A stretch of 62,711 nucleotides of DNA from positions 1 through 62,711 of IMG/VR virus record IMGVR_UViG_3300020123_000077; one strand, written 5' to 3'. The notes under the pieces are model-generated. The model worked only from the letters and a program-made list of their open reading frames with translations. It searched no databases and had not been told where the DNA came from. Below are positions 45,241-54,070 of this stretch, in pieces (the first letter of the stretch is position 1; every line of letters starts with the position of its first letter). The DNA is from a virus (Duplodnaviria; Caudoviricetes). The position numbers and the translations under genes were made by a program.

Positions 45241-45467
45241 AATTAGATAAAGAAATGCTGCGCGGCCAAGAGCGCTATCATACATCTATGATCAAAGCCG
45301 AAAAACATTTACGCGCTGCAGCCGAAGCATTGCGTCTGATGTATTACAACGCTGGCGTGGCTGGCTATCCAATTAAAGGAATTGATGACCAGCGCGTAAC
45401 TCTCCAAGAAGAATGTCGTGACTATGCTATTTATTTGGAATCAATTATAAATAAGGTGACAGCATGA
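45237..45467 (+). CDS. Hypothetical protein
   Basis: ATGA-coupled ORF. Confidence 0.55.
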   Translation: MKLDKEMLRGQERYHTSMIKAEKHLRAAAEALRLMYYNAGVAGYPIKGIDDQRVTLQEECRDYAIYLESIINKVTA

Positions 45468-45859
45468 AAATCCCACCAAAACAAAACGCTACATACAAAA
45501 TATGCGAAGCTCTCTATAGACATGGTATGTCGGTAACGCTGGATGAGGGTATTGCGCTTCATGGCTACACTGGCGCTCCAAAATATAGCATCATGCTGAA
45601 CCTATACACGTCCATGTGTGACACAGGTTATATTACAGAAGTAGACGGCGTCTATTCTCTTGCGTCACATATGCAACGATACTTTGATGGTTGCGAAAAA
45701 AAGGAAGTGGTAAGAGTGGCGACTCATAATGTTCTGCCGAAGTATGTTAGACCATTTCGACCTATGCCAGTGCAGCCACGCGATCCGCGATTAAGTTCGA
45801 CTGCCTATCGCACAAGTGGTACGTCAGAGGAAAAGAAAATTAATGGAGTGAAGATATGA
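45464..45859 (+). CDS. Hypothetical protein
   Basis: ATGA-coupled ORF. Confidence 0.55.
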   Translation: MKIPPKQNATYKICEALYRHGMSVTLDEGIALHGYTGAPKYSIMLNLYTSMCDTGYITEVDGVYSLASHMQRYFDGCEKKEVVRVATHNVLPKYVRPFRPMPVQPRDPRLSSTAYRTSGTSEEKKINGVKI

Positions 45860-46140
45860 ACAACCTCGAACAAATACGCAAAGACTATCCAAACACTACA
45901 GGATACATTGAAGACTTGGAAGCGAAGTTATACGCATCGAATCGTCTCAACGAATCACAGGCGCAAGTCGTATTCATGCTTCAGCGTTCCGAGAGGATCG
46001 ACAAAGCCCGCATCCTTGGATTGCAACAGGATTTGGAAAACAGATTGATTGCAATGCATCTGCTTGAAAAAGCAAAGGATGACATCATTGCAAGCCTCAA
46101 GGGACAGATTGAATCATTGCGGGCATTGTACGAAAGATGA
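45856..46140 (+). CDS. Hypothetical coiled-coil protein
   Basis: ATGA-coupled ORF. Confidence 0.55.
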   Translation: MNNLEQIRKDYPNTTGYIEDLEAKLYASNRLNESQAQVVFMLQRSERIDKARILGLQQDLENRLIAMHLLEKAKDDIIASLKGQIESLRALYER

Positions 46141-46559
46141 ATCTATACCGTGAATTTGTCCTGAAGACTGCCTATGATGCAAAGGTACTCTGGACGTTCG
46201 TCAAGGCCAATGCAAGCGCTCTATCTGCTAACGGCACACCCATGCGCGTGATTGTCACTGACGAAGAACTAGACCGCTTGGATGAGCAGATAAAATACTA
46301 CTTTGGCCCATTCATGAAACAGGTTGAGGAATCGGCATGGGTAGAGGGCAAGCGCCACTCAAAGGAAGTCTGGCACGAATACTTTGCCAAACTGTTTTTA
46401 CCTGCACGTGAAATTATTCTGCCCGACGGCGAAGTCGTTGTAAAGCGCGGATCAATCGCAAGAGGTCAGATCGGCATGAAAGCAATGGCGAAATATCAGT
46501 TACAGGTTGAAGCATATTGCGCTTCTGAATTGGGCGTGGTGTTTGAGGAAGCAGCATGA
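46137..46559 (+). CDS. ninB: NinB/Orf-family recombination protein
   Basis: R..EQ.KYY...AWVEGKR.SKEVWHEYF...FL...YCASELGV.F. Confidence 0.75.
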   Translation: MNLYREFVLKTAYDAKVLWTFVKANASALSANGTPMRVIVTDEELDRLDEQIKYYFGPFMKQVEESAWVEGKRHSKEVWHEYFAKLFLPAREIILPDGEVVVKRGSIARGQIGMKAMAKYQLQVEAYCASELGVVFEEAA

Positions 46560-46882
46560 AAGGAAAGCCGCCTAACAAAGCGGAGAAACTTTACCACGAC
46601 CAGCTTTGTTCACTTGTTGGGTGCATTGCCTGCCGGATTGATGGCAATCTCAATTTTTATGTTTCGGTACATCACATCGATGGCAGAACCAAACCAGGCG
46701 CACACCTAAAAGTCCTGCCGCTTTGTGCGCCACATCATCAACAAGACGATGCCGACCCCGCAGGACGCATTGCAGTACATCCAAACAAAGCACGATTTGA
46801 GGAAAAATACGGTCGCCAAATGTACCTCAATGACCTCTGCAATCTCCACATAAAAAGAGTAACAGAAAAATGCACAGATTAG
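46556..46882 (+). CDS. Ref-like HNH recombination nuclease
   Basis: GCIACR...HHIDGR...AH..VLPLC..HHQ...FE.KYG. Confidence 0.8.
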   Translation: MKGKPPNKAEKLYHDQLCSLVGCIACRIDGNLNFYVSVHHIDGRTKPGAHLKVLPLCAPHHQQDDADPAGRIAVHPNKARFEEKYGRQMYLNDLCNLHIKRVTEKCTD

Positions 46883-47238
46883 AACTTCCTCTTGCGCCTA
46901 CCGCCAATCACAGCTACACGACAATTGGCCGCAAGCGCATCGTCAGCAAGGACACAGAGACGTTCAGACAAGAAGTATGGTTCATCGTCAAGCAGCAGAA
47001 AATAAAGCCGCTAACCGGGCGCTTATCGATTGCCATCGGCGTTTTTCCGAAGACGCAAGCGCGCAACGATATCGACAATCGCATCAAGCCGGTACTGGAC
47101 GCCTTAACGCTGGCCGGTGCTTGGCAGGATGACTCGCAGATCGACTACATCTCTGTAGAGCGCTGCGCAGTCGTAAAGGGCGGCAAGATGATTGTTGTAA
47201 TTTCGCAAATAGACTCTCCCATCATTTCCCAATCCTAA
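46870..47238 (+). CDS. rusA: RusA Holliday junction resolvase
   Basis: PTANH...DIDNRIKPVLDAL...DDSQID. Confidence 0.88.
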   Translation: MHRLELPLAPTANHSYTTIGRKRIVSKDTETFRQEVWFIVKQQKIKPLTGRLSIAIGVFPKTQARNDIDNRIKPVLDALTLAGAWQDDSQIDYISVERCAVVKGGKMIVVISQIDSPIISQS

Positions 47239-47308
47239 CCAATTAATCAATATAACCATTTGAGATTTATCAACCGTCGTTTATGTTGCATTGCGGGATA
47301 GAAAGAGA

Positions 47309-47337
47309 TTGACAATTATCAATTGGTGAATGACAAT
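47309..47337 (+). promoter_or_regulatory. Sigma70-type promoter upstream of the replication genes
   Basis: TTGACA-N17-GACAAT in a non-coding gap. Confidence 0.6.
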
Positions 47338-47568
47338 AATTACTCAAGGCTATGACGGCCTATTGAGCTGGGAAAAGATGAATCTTTCGATAAAACCCAT
47401 ATTGTTGACCCTTCAAGACGCCAGTCGCCTTAGCTCGGGAACGTCATCGACTTTATGGGTTTTTTCCAAGGATTTATCTTGAAACAAAAATACATATACA
47501 ACCGAGTAATAAGGCCAAACGAACAGCCTTTAATCGTTCGTGACTCGTGCAAACTAAAGGAAATACAA

Positions 47569-48414
47569 ATGAAAACTCAAGTAATGGTAATCACGCCAGA
47601 AGTGGCAGAACAAATGTTAACAGGCAATAAAGATAATCGAAATATCCGAAAAATGTGGGTTAAGCAGTTGTCAGGGATGATGACTCGCGGAGAATTTATT
47701 CTTACGCACCAAGGAATTGCATTTTCTGCTTCTGGTCGCTTGCTTGATGGGCAACATCGACTTCTCGCTATTATCGATTCTGGCGAAACGATTCAAATGA
47801 TGGTAACGCGTGATGCCGATGAATCATCGTTTGTGGCATTGGATATCGGTGCAAAGCGTAGTTTTTCTGATTTGTATGGCGCTACTCCTGATTGTTCTGG
47901 TGTCGCAGCATGGCTTGGCAAAGTTATGCATTCGCAACCATCACCCGCTCAGAAATACAAAATTTACCAAGTGATTGAGCCGTTTGTTAATGATTTGATG
48001 GATTTTTGCCCATCAAAACGCAAGGGAATCACAAATTCTCAGGTTGTAGCCGCTGCAATCATTCGCATGCTGAACGGCGAAGACCAAGACTATATCAAGC
48101 TTATTTATGCCAATCTTGCGCACGCATCAATCAGTGAGCTTCCTCCTATCGGTCGTTGCTTCGTTGATCAGATTTTTTCTTTAATCAGTTCATCACATTC
48201 AACAAATGTCTATGACACATTTGCACGTGCCATTCAGGTATTCGACCAGACAAAAAGTGAGGCTCGTCGTTTGGTGATTCGTTCTCATCTTGAATCAACT
48301 GATTTTGCTCGTACGATTCTAAGCGGCTATTTGGACGAAAAGAAACCGGCCAGTAAAGCGCCGGTATCGACTCGTGCAAAGTCAACTAAATTATCGCACG
48401 TCAAGGTAGCTTAA
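47569..48414 (+). CDS. ParB/DGQHR-domain protein
   Basis: ITPE.AE.ML..N..NR...THQGIAF...LLDGQHRL.AI; AAGGA RBS before ATG 47569. Confidence 0.75.
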   Translation: MKTQVMVITPEVAEQMLTGNKDNRNIRKMWVKQLSGMMTRGEFILTHQGIAFSASGRLLDGQHRLLAIIDSGETIQMMVTRDADESSFVALDIGAKRSFSDLYGATPDCSGVAAWLGKVMHSQPSPAQKYKIYQVIEPFVNDLMDFCPSKRKGITNSQVVAAAIIRMLNGEDQDYIKLIYANLAHASISELPPIGRCFVDQIFSLISSSHSTNVYDTFARAIQVFDQTKSEARRLVIRSHLESTDFARTILSGYLDEKKPASKAPVSTRAKSTKLSHVKVA

Positions 48415-48436
48415 ACAATATCAGATTGACACAGAC

Positions 48437-49216
48437 GTGCACTACTACAAAAGAAATATCGGAGACTACGCAAAGAAAGCCGGAAGGCTTTCGATGCTGC
48501 AGCACGGTTCGTACACGCTTTTGATTGATGCGTGCTACGACCGTGAGAAGTTCCCAACGCTTGAAGATGCGATTGAATGGACTTGGGCATCTACCACGGA
48601 GGAGATAGAAGCTGTTCAGTTTGTTTTGAAAAAGTTTTTCACGCTTGAAAACGGTGTGTATGTGCAGAATCACATAAAAGAAGACTTGGAAAAATACAGT
48701 GAAAATGCAGAGATAAACAAACGGATCGCTATAGAACGCGAAACGAAGCGTAAAGAAAATAGCACGAAGCGTGCACAGAACGTACACGAAGCGCCACCTA
48801 ACCATAAACCACTAACCAAGAACCAAGAACCATTAACCAAAAAAGACATTACGCCTGAAGGCGATTTATTCCTTGGGGTGCAAGAGCAAATCGTCAAAGA
48901 CTTCAAGGCACTTCGAATAACACATCGGGCAAAGGTAACGAAAACGGCAATCGATGGTATTAAGCGTGAGGCATTGAAAGCAGGGGTTAGTTTTGAGGAC
49001 GCATTGCGAATTTGCTGCGAGCGTGGATGGCGCGGGTTTAAGGCTGAATGGCTATTACCGAAAGAAAATGGAATTAACGCCCCTCCCGCATTCATTGCAA
49101 AACCAATCCTACCAGTAGACCAGCAAGTGCCAGTACTAGCCAATCTACCGCGTAAGACTGAAACAGGAATGGAACTGGCAGCACAAGCACGGCAGGCATT
49201 GAAAAAGGTAGTTTAA
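48437..49216 (+). CDS. DUF1376 (YdaU-like) replication initiator
   Basis: MHYYKRNIGDY...LSMLQHG.Y.LLID.CY..E; C-terminal RGWRGFKAEW. Confidence 0.8.
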   Translation: MHYYKRNIGDYAKKAGRLSMLQHGSYTLLIDACYDREKFPTLEDAIEWTWASTTEEIEAVQFVLKKFFTLENGVYVQNHIKEDLEKYSENAEINKRIAIERETKRKENSTKRAQNVHEAPPNHKPLTKNQEPLTKKDITPEGDLFLGVQEQIVKDFKALRITHRAKVTKTAIDGIKREALKAGVSFEDALRICCERGWRGFKAEWLLPKENGINAPPAFIAKPILPVDQQVPVLANLPRKTETGMELAAQARQALKKVV

Positions 49217-49260
49217 TCTTGGGATTAATTGAAGCGAAGAAACTATTGAGGAAGATGTAA

Positions 49261-49692
49261 ATGCCGATAAAACCAGAAAACCGCGCACGCTATCCGAAAG
49301 ACTGGAAACAGATCGTTTCTAAGGTGCGTGAACGTTCTGGCGATTGCTGTGAGGGAAGTCCGGCATATCCTGATTGTAGGCGTCCAAACGGATCACTGCT
49401 GAACAAGCGAACTGGCGAGATAACAACTGACAGCATGATTGCGGAAGTTTGGCAACTTGTTGATGGTGATCGAGTGGTCAAGATTGTTTTGACTACAGCG
49501 CATTTAAATCATGTTCCTGAAGACTGCGATTTGGATAATTTGCGTCATTGGTGCCAGCGTTGTCATTTGCAATATGATGCGGCGCATCACGCGATAAATG
49601 CAAGAGCAACGCGTCAATCAAAGAAAGCGATTGGCGATTTGTTCGGTATGGAGCAGCAATCCTTAACTGTTGTGACGGGCGGAGAAAATTAG
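49261..49692 (+). CDS. HNH-like nuclease
   Basis: MPIKPENRARYP.DW...VLTTAHLNH.PE.C...NLR.WCQRCHL.YD. Confidence 0.75.
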   Translation: MPIKPENRARYPKDWKQIVSKVRERSGDCCEGSPAYPDCRRPNGSLLNKRTGEITTDSMIAEVWQLVDGDRVVKIVLTTAHLNHVPEDCDLDNLRHWCQRCHLQYDAAHHAINARATRQSKKAIGDLFGMEQQSLTVVTGGEN

Positions 49693-49907
49693 TGCCGCAT
49701 GTTAAATGTATAAATTGTTCTCATTGTGATTTATCAACCTATCCGCGACAAGCAAACATCGGATATGGCCGCTGCAAGCAGGAAAAGCTTTTAGGCGTAT
49801 TTGAAAGTATCACAATAGAACGAGACTGCAGTAAGTACGAATTAGCGTCTGGAGCGGTTTTGATTGATCGCAGGGCGTGGCTGAATAATTTTGAAAGAAG
49901 CGCATGA
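49692..49907 (+). CDS. Small Cys-rich protein
   Basis: CINCSHC...C...C; coupled start. Confidence 0.5.
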   Translation: MPHVKCINCSHCDLSTYPRQANIGYGRCKQEKLLGVFESITIERDCSKYELASGAVLIDRRAWLNNFERSA

Positions 49908-50161
49908 AGACAACGAATTTATACGACAAAAAGGGATGTGAAGGTTTTGTTAAAAGAGCAGATGGCGCGTGGTGGATTCAAGATGGTCAATTAACCTCCA
50001 TGTCACCAAATCAAATGAAGAAATTGGAAAGATATGCAAAAACTGTATTTCTCAATGAAAGAACGCCATATTTTTCTGAGTGCCTCGGATATCTGAAAGC
50101 ATTACTGAAACATCGTTTGGCATGCGCATTTTATGTTATTGCAAAGAAACTAACAGGATAA
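49904..50161 (+). CDS. Hypothetical protein
   Basis: ATGA-coupled ORF. Confidence 0.45.
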   Translation: MKTTNLYDKKGCEGFVKRADGAWWIQDGQLTSMSPNQMKKLERYAKTVFLNERTPYFSECLGYLKALLKHRLACAFYVIAKKLTG

Positions 50162-50243
50162 TTTTGAGAGTGGATGAGATGAAATATTCAAAAGTAATAT
50201 GGCAGTGGATTGAATATATTTTTTTATCAAGGGCAAGCAGAAA

Positions 50244-50675
50244 ATGGAAGGGGATGAGATGAGAGTGACGCAATGGTTTGGTGGAAATATTGCTGGAAGG
50301 GTGAATTCGAAAGGATATAGGATTATTAATTTTAAAGGCGTAAGGCATCGCGCTCATAGAATAATTTGGTATCTTTTTCATGGGTATTGGCCCTCTACAG
50401 ATATAGATCATATTGATGGTAATAGGGATAACAATAGAATTGAAAATTTGCGCGATATTGGCAAGTCTGGTAATAGCCAAAATATAAAGCGTGCAAGAGT
50501 TGATAACACAACAGGATTTTTGGGAGTTAGTCCATATGGCAAGAATGGTAAATTTAAATCTCACATATGCGTTAAAGGGCAGTCTATTCATATTGGAGTA
50601 TTTTCTACTGCTTTAGAGGCTCATCAAGCATATTTACAAGCAAAGCGAAAATTACATATAGGATGCACAATCTAA
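50244..50675 (+). CDS. HNH-AP2 homing endonuclease
   Basis: AHRIIW...IDHIDGNRDNNRIENLR; TGFLGV...IGVF.T..EAH.AY (AP2). Confidence 0.85.
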   Translation: MEGDEMRVTQWFGGNIAGRVNSKGYRIINFKGVRHRAHRIIWYLFHGYWPSTDIDHIDGNRDNNRIENLRDIGKSGNSQNIKRARVDNTTGFLGVSPYGKNGKFKSHICVKGQSIHIGVFSTALEAHQAYLQAKRKLHIGCTI

Positions 50676-50995
50676 TGAAAAATACCGTACAAGTAACAAA
50701 AACCATGGAATTCGTCAGCATGGAAAAGCGCTACACGCCACATATCCTGTTGAATCACGTCAAGAAACTTGTTTTGGAAGATCCGTATCTACTTTCCAAC
50801 TTCGACAAGCACGGTAAGCGACGATTGCATTTGCCTGACACTCATTTAGCCAAACTGCTTGGCATCTCGCCCCCTATCGTCTGCAAGGCCTATCATTGCA
50901 AATACAGGATCGGCGATGACTTCCTGTTGAAAATTCATGATCTTACCGGACTCAGCTTCAAGACCATGCGCAGGATGATAGGAGATACACCATGA
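50663..50995 (+). CDS. HTH domain protein
   Basis: D..LAKLLGISPP.V.K...LLKIHDLTGLS. Confidence 0.6.
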   Translation: MHNLMKNTVQVTKTMEFVSMEKRYTPHILLNHVKKLVLEDPYLLSNFDKHGKRRLHLPDTHLAKLLGISPPIVCKAYHCKYRIGDDFLLKIHDLTGLSFKTMRRMIGDTP

Positions 50996-51090
50996 CCACA
51001 ATAGCCATTGGCATTTCGATAGTTGTGGTTTGCTTTCTGTTTGCGATATTGGTTGGTAAGTTCATTGATGTCGGGACGGGACAAAAATGA
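50992..51090 (+). CDS. Small membrane protein (32 aa, below the ORF-track cutoff)
   Basis: MTTIAIGISIVVVCFLFAILVGKF...; ATGA overlaps on both sides. Confidence 0.5.
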   Translation: MTTIAIGISIVVVCFLFAILVGKFIDVGTGQK

Positions 51091-51536
51091 GCGCTACAAA
51101 AAAGTCGCCGATGCGGATAAAGGCCGGTAATGTTCAACGTGAAACATTCATAGCGCCTGACGGACTTGATGTATGTATTGATTGCTGGGTATTGTGGATG
51201 GGGTCTGATGACAGGGACTTAAGTGCATCCAGGATGAAATTGGCTGGCGGAGATGAGTTACCGGATCGGGATGCAGACGGTAATATTATCAAGACCGCGT
51301 ATGAAAACAATCCATACGACGAGCAGTACAAGGCTGACATCAAGGTTGGAGAAGCGACTGGAACGATGATAAACGGCCTAAGAAAGCATCACAAATGGGC
51401 AATTCATAAGCGGGCCAATATTTCGACGGTATGGGCTTATCCAAATCTGGTGTTTTTTGATGTTTTGTTGGAAGCTGAGAAAGAATTGGAAATATTGTTG
51501 CGAAAAAATATTGACACCGCGCATAAGTTTTTGTAG
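51087..51536 (+). CDS. Putative Q-like late antiterminator
   Basis: Last early gene; directly precedes the late promoter-terminator unit; W..WM N-terminal helix. Confidence 0.5.
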   Translation: MSATKKSPMRIKAGNVQRETFIAPDGLDVCIDCWVLWMGSDDRDLSASRMKLAGGDELPDRDADGNIIKTAYENNPYDEQYKADIKVGEATGTMINGLRKHHKWAIHKRANISTVWAYPNLVFFDVLLEAEKELEILLRKNIDTAHKFL

Positions 51537-51539
51537 GAT
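51511..51539 (+). promoter_or_regulatory. Late promoter (pR'-like)
   Basis: TTGACA-N17-TAGGAT overlapping the stop of the Q-like gene. Confidence 0.7.
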
Positions 51540-51697
51540 TCTGCCTAGTGGGTCATTTTTCTATGGAAAACCACAAAATATAGAGTATTACCGCCTTTAA
51601 TGACTCTTCGTAACGATCACCGAGGAGCGGCTTGCGCGGGCTTCATTAAAGGCGATAGTACTTTACCTCCTCCCTTCCATCTCCCCTGATGGTATTT

Positions 51698-51733
51698 ACC
51701 CACACTCCGCAAGGGCTGTGGGTTTTTCTTTTT
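51698..51733 (+). terminator. Rho-independent terminator before the late genes (tR'-like)
   Basis: ACCCACA...GCAA...TGTGGGT hairpin followed by TTTTCTTTTT. Confidence 0.75.
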
Positions 51734-51744
51734 GAGAGTCCACT

Positions 51745-52032
51745 ATGGCAACTGCTTTTAGCAATTCGATGGAAGACGGCAACCAGTTAAATGACGAATC
51801 GCCAAATGCTGGTGCTAGCGATGATCGTCCGAGCAATATGGGATCACGAGACTTGCCAGTTACAGCGGGTAAAATCCCGGCGGCACCATCAGTAGATTAT
51901 CCACTCCCAATCGATCCACACTGCGCAGCAGAAGCAAGCGAAACCGATAGCGCTGAAGTATCCGACCTAGGACTCAACGAGCGTGTAGAAGTAGGAATCA
52001 GCGGCCCTCAATCCCAATATGGCTTGAAATAA
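51745..52032 (+). CDS. Acidic late protein (paralogue of the next gene)
   Basis: Asp/Glu-rich; shares DDRP and D.GLNE..EV...YG motifs with 52042-52374. Confidence 0.6.
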   Translation: MATAFSNSMEDGNQLNDESPNAGASDDRPSNMGSRDLPVTAGKIPAAPSVDYPLPIDPHCAAEASETDSAEVSDLGLNERVEVGISGPQSQYGLK

Positions 52033-52041
52033 GGAAAAATC

Positions 52042-52374
52042 ATGGCAAATCAAGAAATGAACAATGGCCTTAACGACAAACTCGATGCTTTCGAGCAATG
52101 CAATGTCGAAGCCGAATCCCGTGGTGGAGATGATCGCCCAATCCAGGACAATGGCATTCAAGGAAAATCCTTTAATGTCCAAGGCGCGATGACAACCAAT
52201 AGTTTCCCAACTATTCCGGATCAATTGGCTGGTGACGGTCAGGTAGATGATGACAACATCGCTGACTTTGGCTTAAACGAGAACACCGAAGTCTCGCACG
52301 GTGGCAGCGCGCAGGATTACGGTATTGCCGGGCCAGCCGCTGGCGGCGGAATTCGTAAAAACACGGTGCAATAA
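52042..52374 (+). CDS. Acidic late protein
   Basis: AAGGA RBS; paralogous motifs shared with 51745-52032. Confidence 0.6.
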   Translation: MANQEMNNGLNDKLDAFEQCNVEAESRGGDDRPIQDNGIQGKSFNVQGAMTTNSFPTIPDQLAGDGQVDDDNIADFGLNENTEVSHGGSAQDYGIAGPAAGGGIRKNTVQ

Positions 52375-52742
52375 TGAGTAGCCAGAACACCGTCAAAAGC
52401 GCAACGCTGACTTACGGAACTGCGGGGACTGCAACATCGGTCGCTTCTATCGGGACAAGCACCAGCAACCCGTACGCCATGCCAAGGCAAGACTATACAG
52501 TCCAGGTCACTGCATTTACCACTGGAACCTCCGGAGTCGGTGCCACGGTAATCTTTCAGGGTTCCAACGACAATAACGCATGGATTGCTGTCTCAAGTGC
52601 AACGGCAACCGCGACACAAGCGTCTACTTCGACCACTTATTCGGCAGGAGCAGCACAAACATCTGGTGTCAGATATGCATTGGGCCGTGCGGTCGTCGGT
52701 GTGACCGGAACCGGTGGTGCTTCTGTTGTACTTGGATCATAG
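52374..52742 (+). CDS. Ser/Thr-rich putative head decoration/spike-base protein
   Basis: About one third Ser+Thr; VIFQGSNDNNAW motif. Confidence 0.55.
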   Translation: MSSQNTVKSATLTYGTAGTATSVASIGTSTSNPYAMPRQDYTVQVTAFTTGTSGVGATVIFQGSNDNNAWIAVSSATATATQASTSTTYSAGAAQTSGVRYALGRAVVGVTGTGGASVVLGS

Positions 52743-52750
52743 GGATCATC

Positions 52751-53128
52751 ATGAAACTTACCACACAACAACGAAACGGCTTAGATACAGCTAGTTTCGC
52801 GCTACCGGGCAGAAAATATCCGATTGAAGACAAAAACCACGCCAGAAATGCATTGGCACGCGCAGCCCAACACGCCAGCCCAGCCGAACAAGCCACAATA
52901 CAACGTAAAGTCAAAGCAAAGTACCCATCAATCAGTGTCGGCGGAACGCCTGTCAAAAAATACGCAGATGGTGGCGAAGTCAACCAAGACGAACAAGCAT
53001 CACAAACGCCTCAACCACAAACGCCGGATCCAAAGATTCTCGGTAACGGTGCCGCAGCCAACGCAGCACAAAAGTTGCGCAGCAGAAAGCAACAACTTGA
53101 AGACGCCTTGAAAGAGGCTGGTGCTTAA
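52751..53128 (+). CDS. DUF6582-like protein
   Basis: R..L....FALPGRKYPIEDKNHARNALAR; YADGGEV motif. Confidence 0.6.
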   Translation: MKLTTQQRNGLDTASFALPGRKYPIEDKNHARNALARAAQHASPAEQATIQRKVKAKYPSISVGGTPVKKYADGGEVNQDEQASQTPQPQTPDPKILGNGAAANAAQKLRSRKQQLEDALKEAGA

Positions 53129-53607
53129 TGAGCGTTATTGCGCGTATGCGTGCTGGTGGTGAAATAGCCGCCTCGTGTATTTTTGAATGCATTTTGATTA
53201 CGCGTGATCGCGGATCAAAGCAAATTTTTGAGAAGGTGCGATGGCCCCAAATTGTTAATTGGGAGAAAGAATTCCCTGTCCCGCGTGGCCGCGCTGATTT
53301 CGTTCTTTTTCATTTGGACGGATCAATAACGGTTGTTGAGGTCAAGCGTGGTGATCGACCATTGATGGAACTGATGGCAGGTATTGGGCAAGTAACCAGC
53401 TATGCAACGCAAGTTGGGTATTCGAATATTGTAGGAGCTAGTATCAAACGCGTATTGGCAGTAACTGCTTTACCAAATTTGCTTGATGAACTGCTTCTTG
53501 CTGATGCCTGCAAACTCGCTGGAGTTGAATATTTTGCGCTCGGGCCATTAAAAGTGCATCAGGATATATACGAAAAAGTTGTTGCCGTCAGTGAAAATCA
53601 TGGCTAA
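53128..53607 (+). CDS. PD-(D/E)XK nuclease-like protein
   Basis: E...GRADFV...VVEVK...GIGQV..Y. Confidence 0.65.
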   Translation: MSVIARMRAGGEIAASCIFECILITRDRGSKQIFEKVRWPQIVNWEKEFPVPRGRADFVLFHLDGSITVVEVKRGDRPLMELMAGIGQVTSYATQVGYSNIVGASIKRVLAVTALPNLLDELLLADACKLAGVEYFALGPLKVHQDIYEKVVAVSENHG

Positions 53608-54070
53608 AAAAGAATACCCATTCAGTGACGCAGAGCTAGACTTTTGCGCAGGCGTAATGAGCGTCAACGCTATTGCAATCAAACACGGCATTCCTGAACC
53701 AACTTTGCGCAGAGAAGCAAAGAAGCGCTGTTGGATACGTGGCGCAACTGAGAGTAAGCGCCAACTTGTTAAAGATGCGATGGCAGGTTTGCCAACAACT
53801 TTGACGAAGACGCTAACGAATGACGAAGTTCGTCAAAAGCAAGAGCAAGAAGCGGCGCTTGATGTCAATGACATGCAAACCGGATTGGCTTTGTTCCGTG
53901 CTGTGCTTGCCAAGTGCGTCATTATGATTGATGAAATTGACGCGCCGAGAGATATCAAGATCATCTCTGAAGCTGGCAAGAATGCGATTGATGGAATTCG
54001 TAAGATTCGTGGCTTGGATGATCTTGCAGGAGCGCAGTCTCTAGGCGAATTCCTAGCCTCATCAGAATAA
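53600..54070 (+). CDS. terS: Terminase small subunit
   Basis: N-terminal HTH (AIAIKHGIPEPTLRR.AKK..W.R); directly before terL. Confidence 0.75.
   Translation: MAKKEYPFSDAELDFCAGVMSVNAIAIKHGIPEPTLRREAKKRCWIRGATESKRQLVKDAMAGLPTTLTKTLTNDEVRQKQEQEAALDVNDMQTGLALFRAVLAKCVIMIDEIDAPRDIKIISEAGKNAIDGIRKIRGLDDLAGAQSLGEFLASSE

Noticed and set aside
50136-50591. Long antisense ORFs opposite real genes (for example 50136-50591, 48670-49143, 12282-12698)
   Set aside because: They have no recognisable motifs or RBS and are shadows of well-supported genes on the other strand.
51540-51733. tRNA gene in the late leader
   Set aside because: No cloverleaf, T-loop GTTCRA or CCA end is recognisable.
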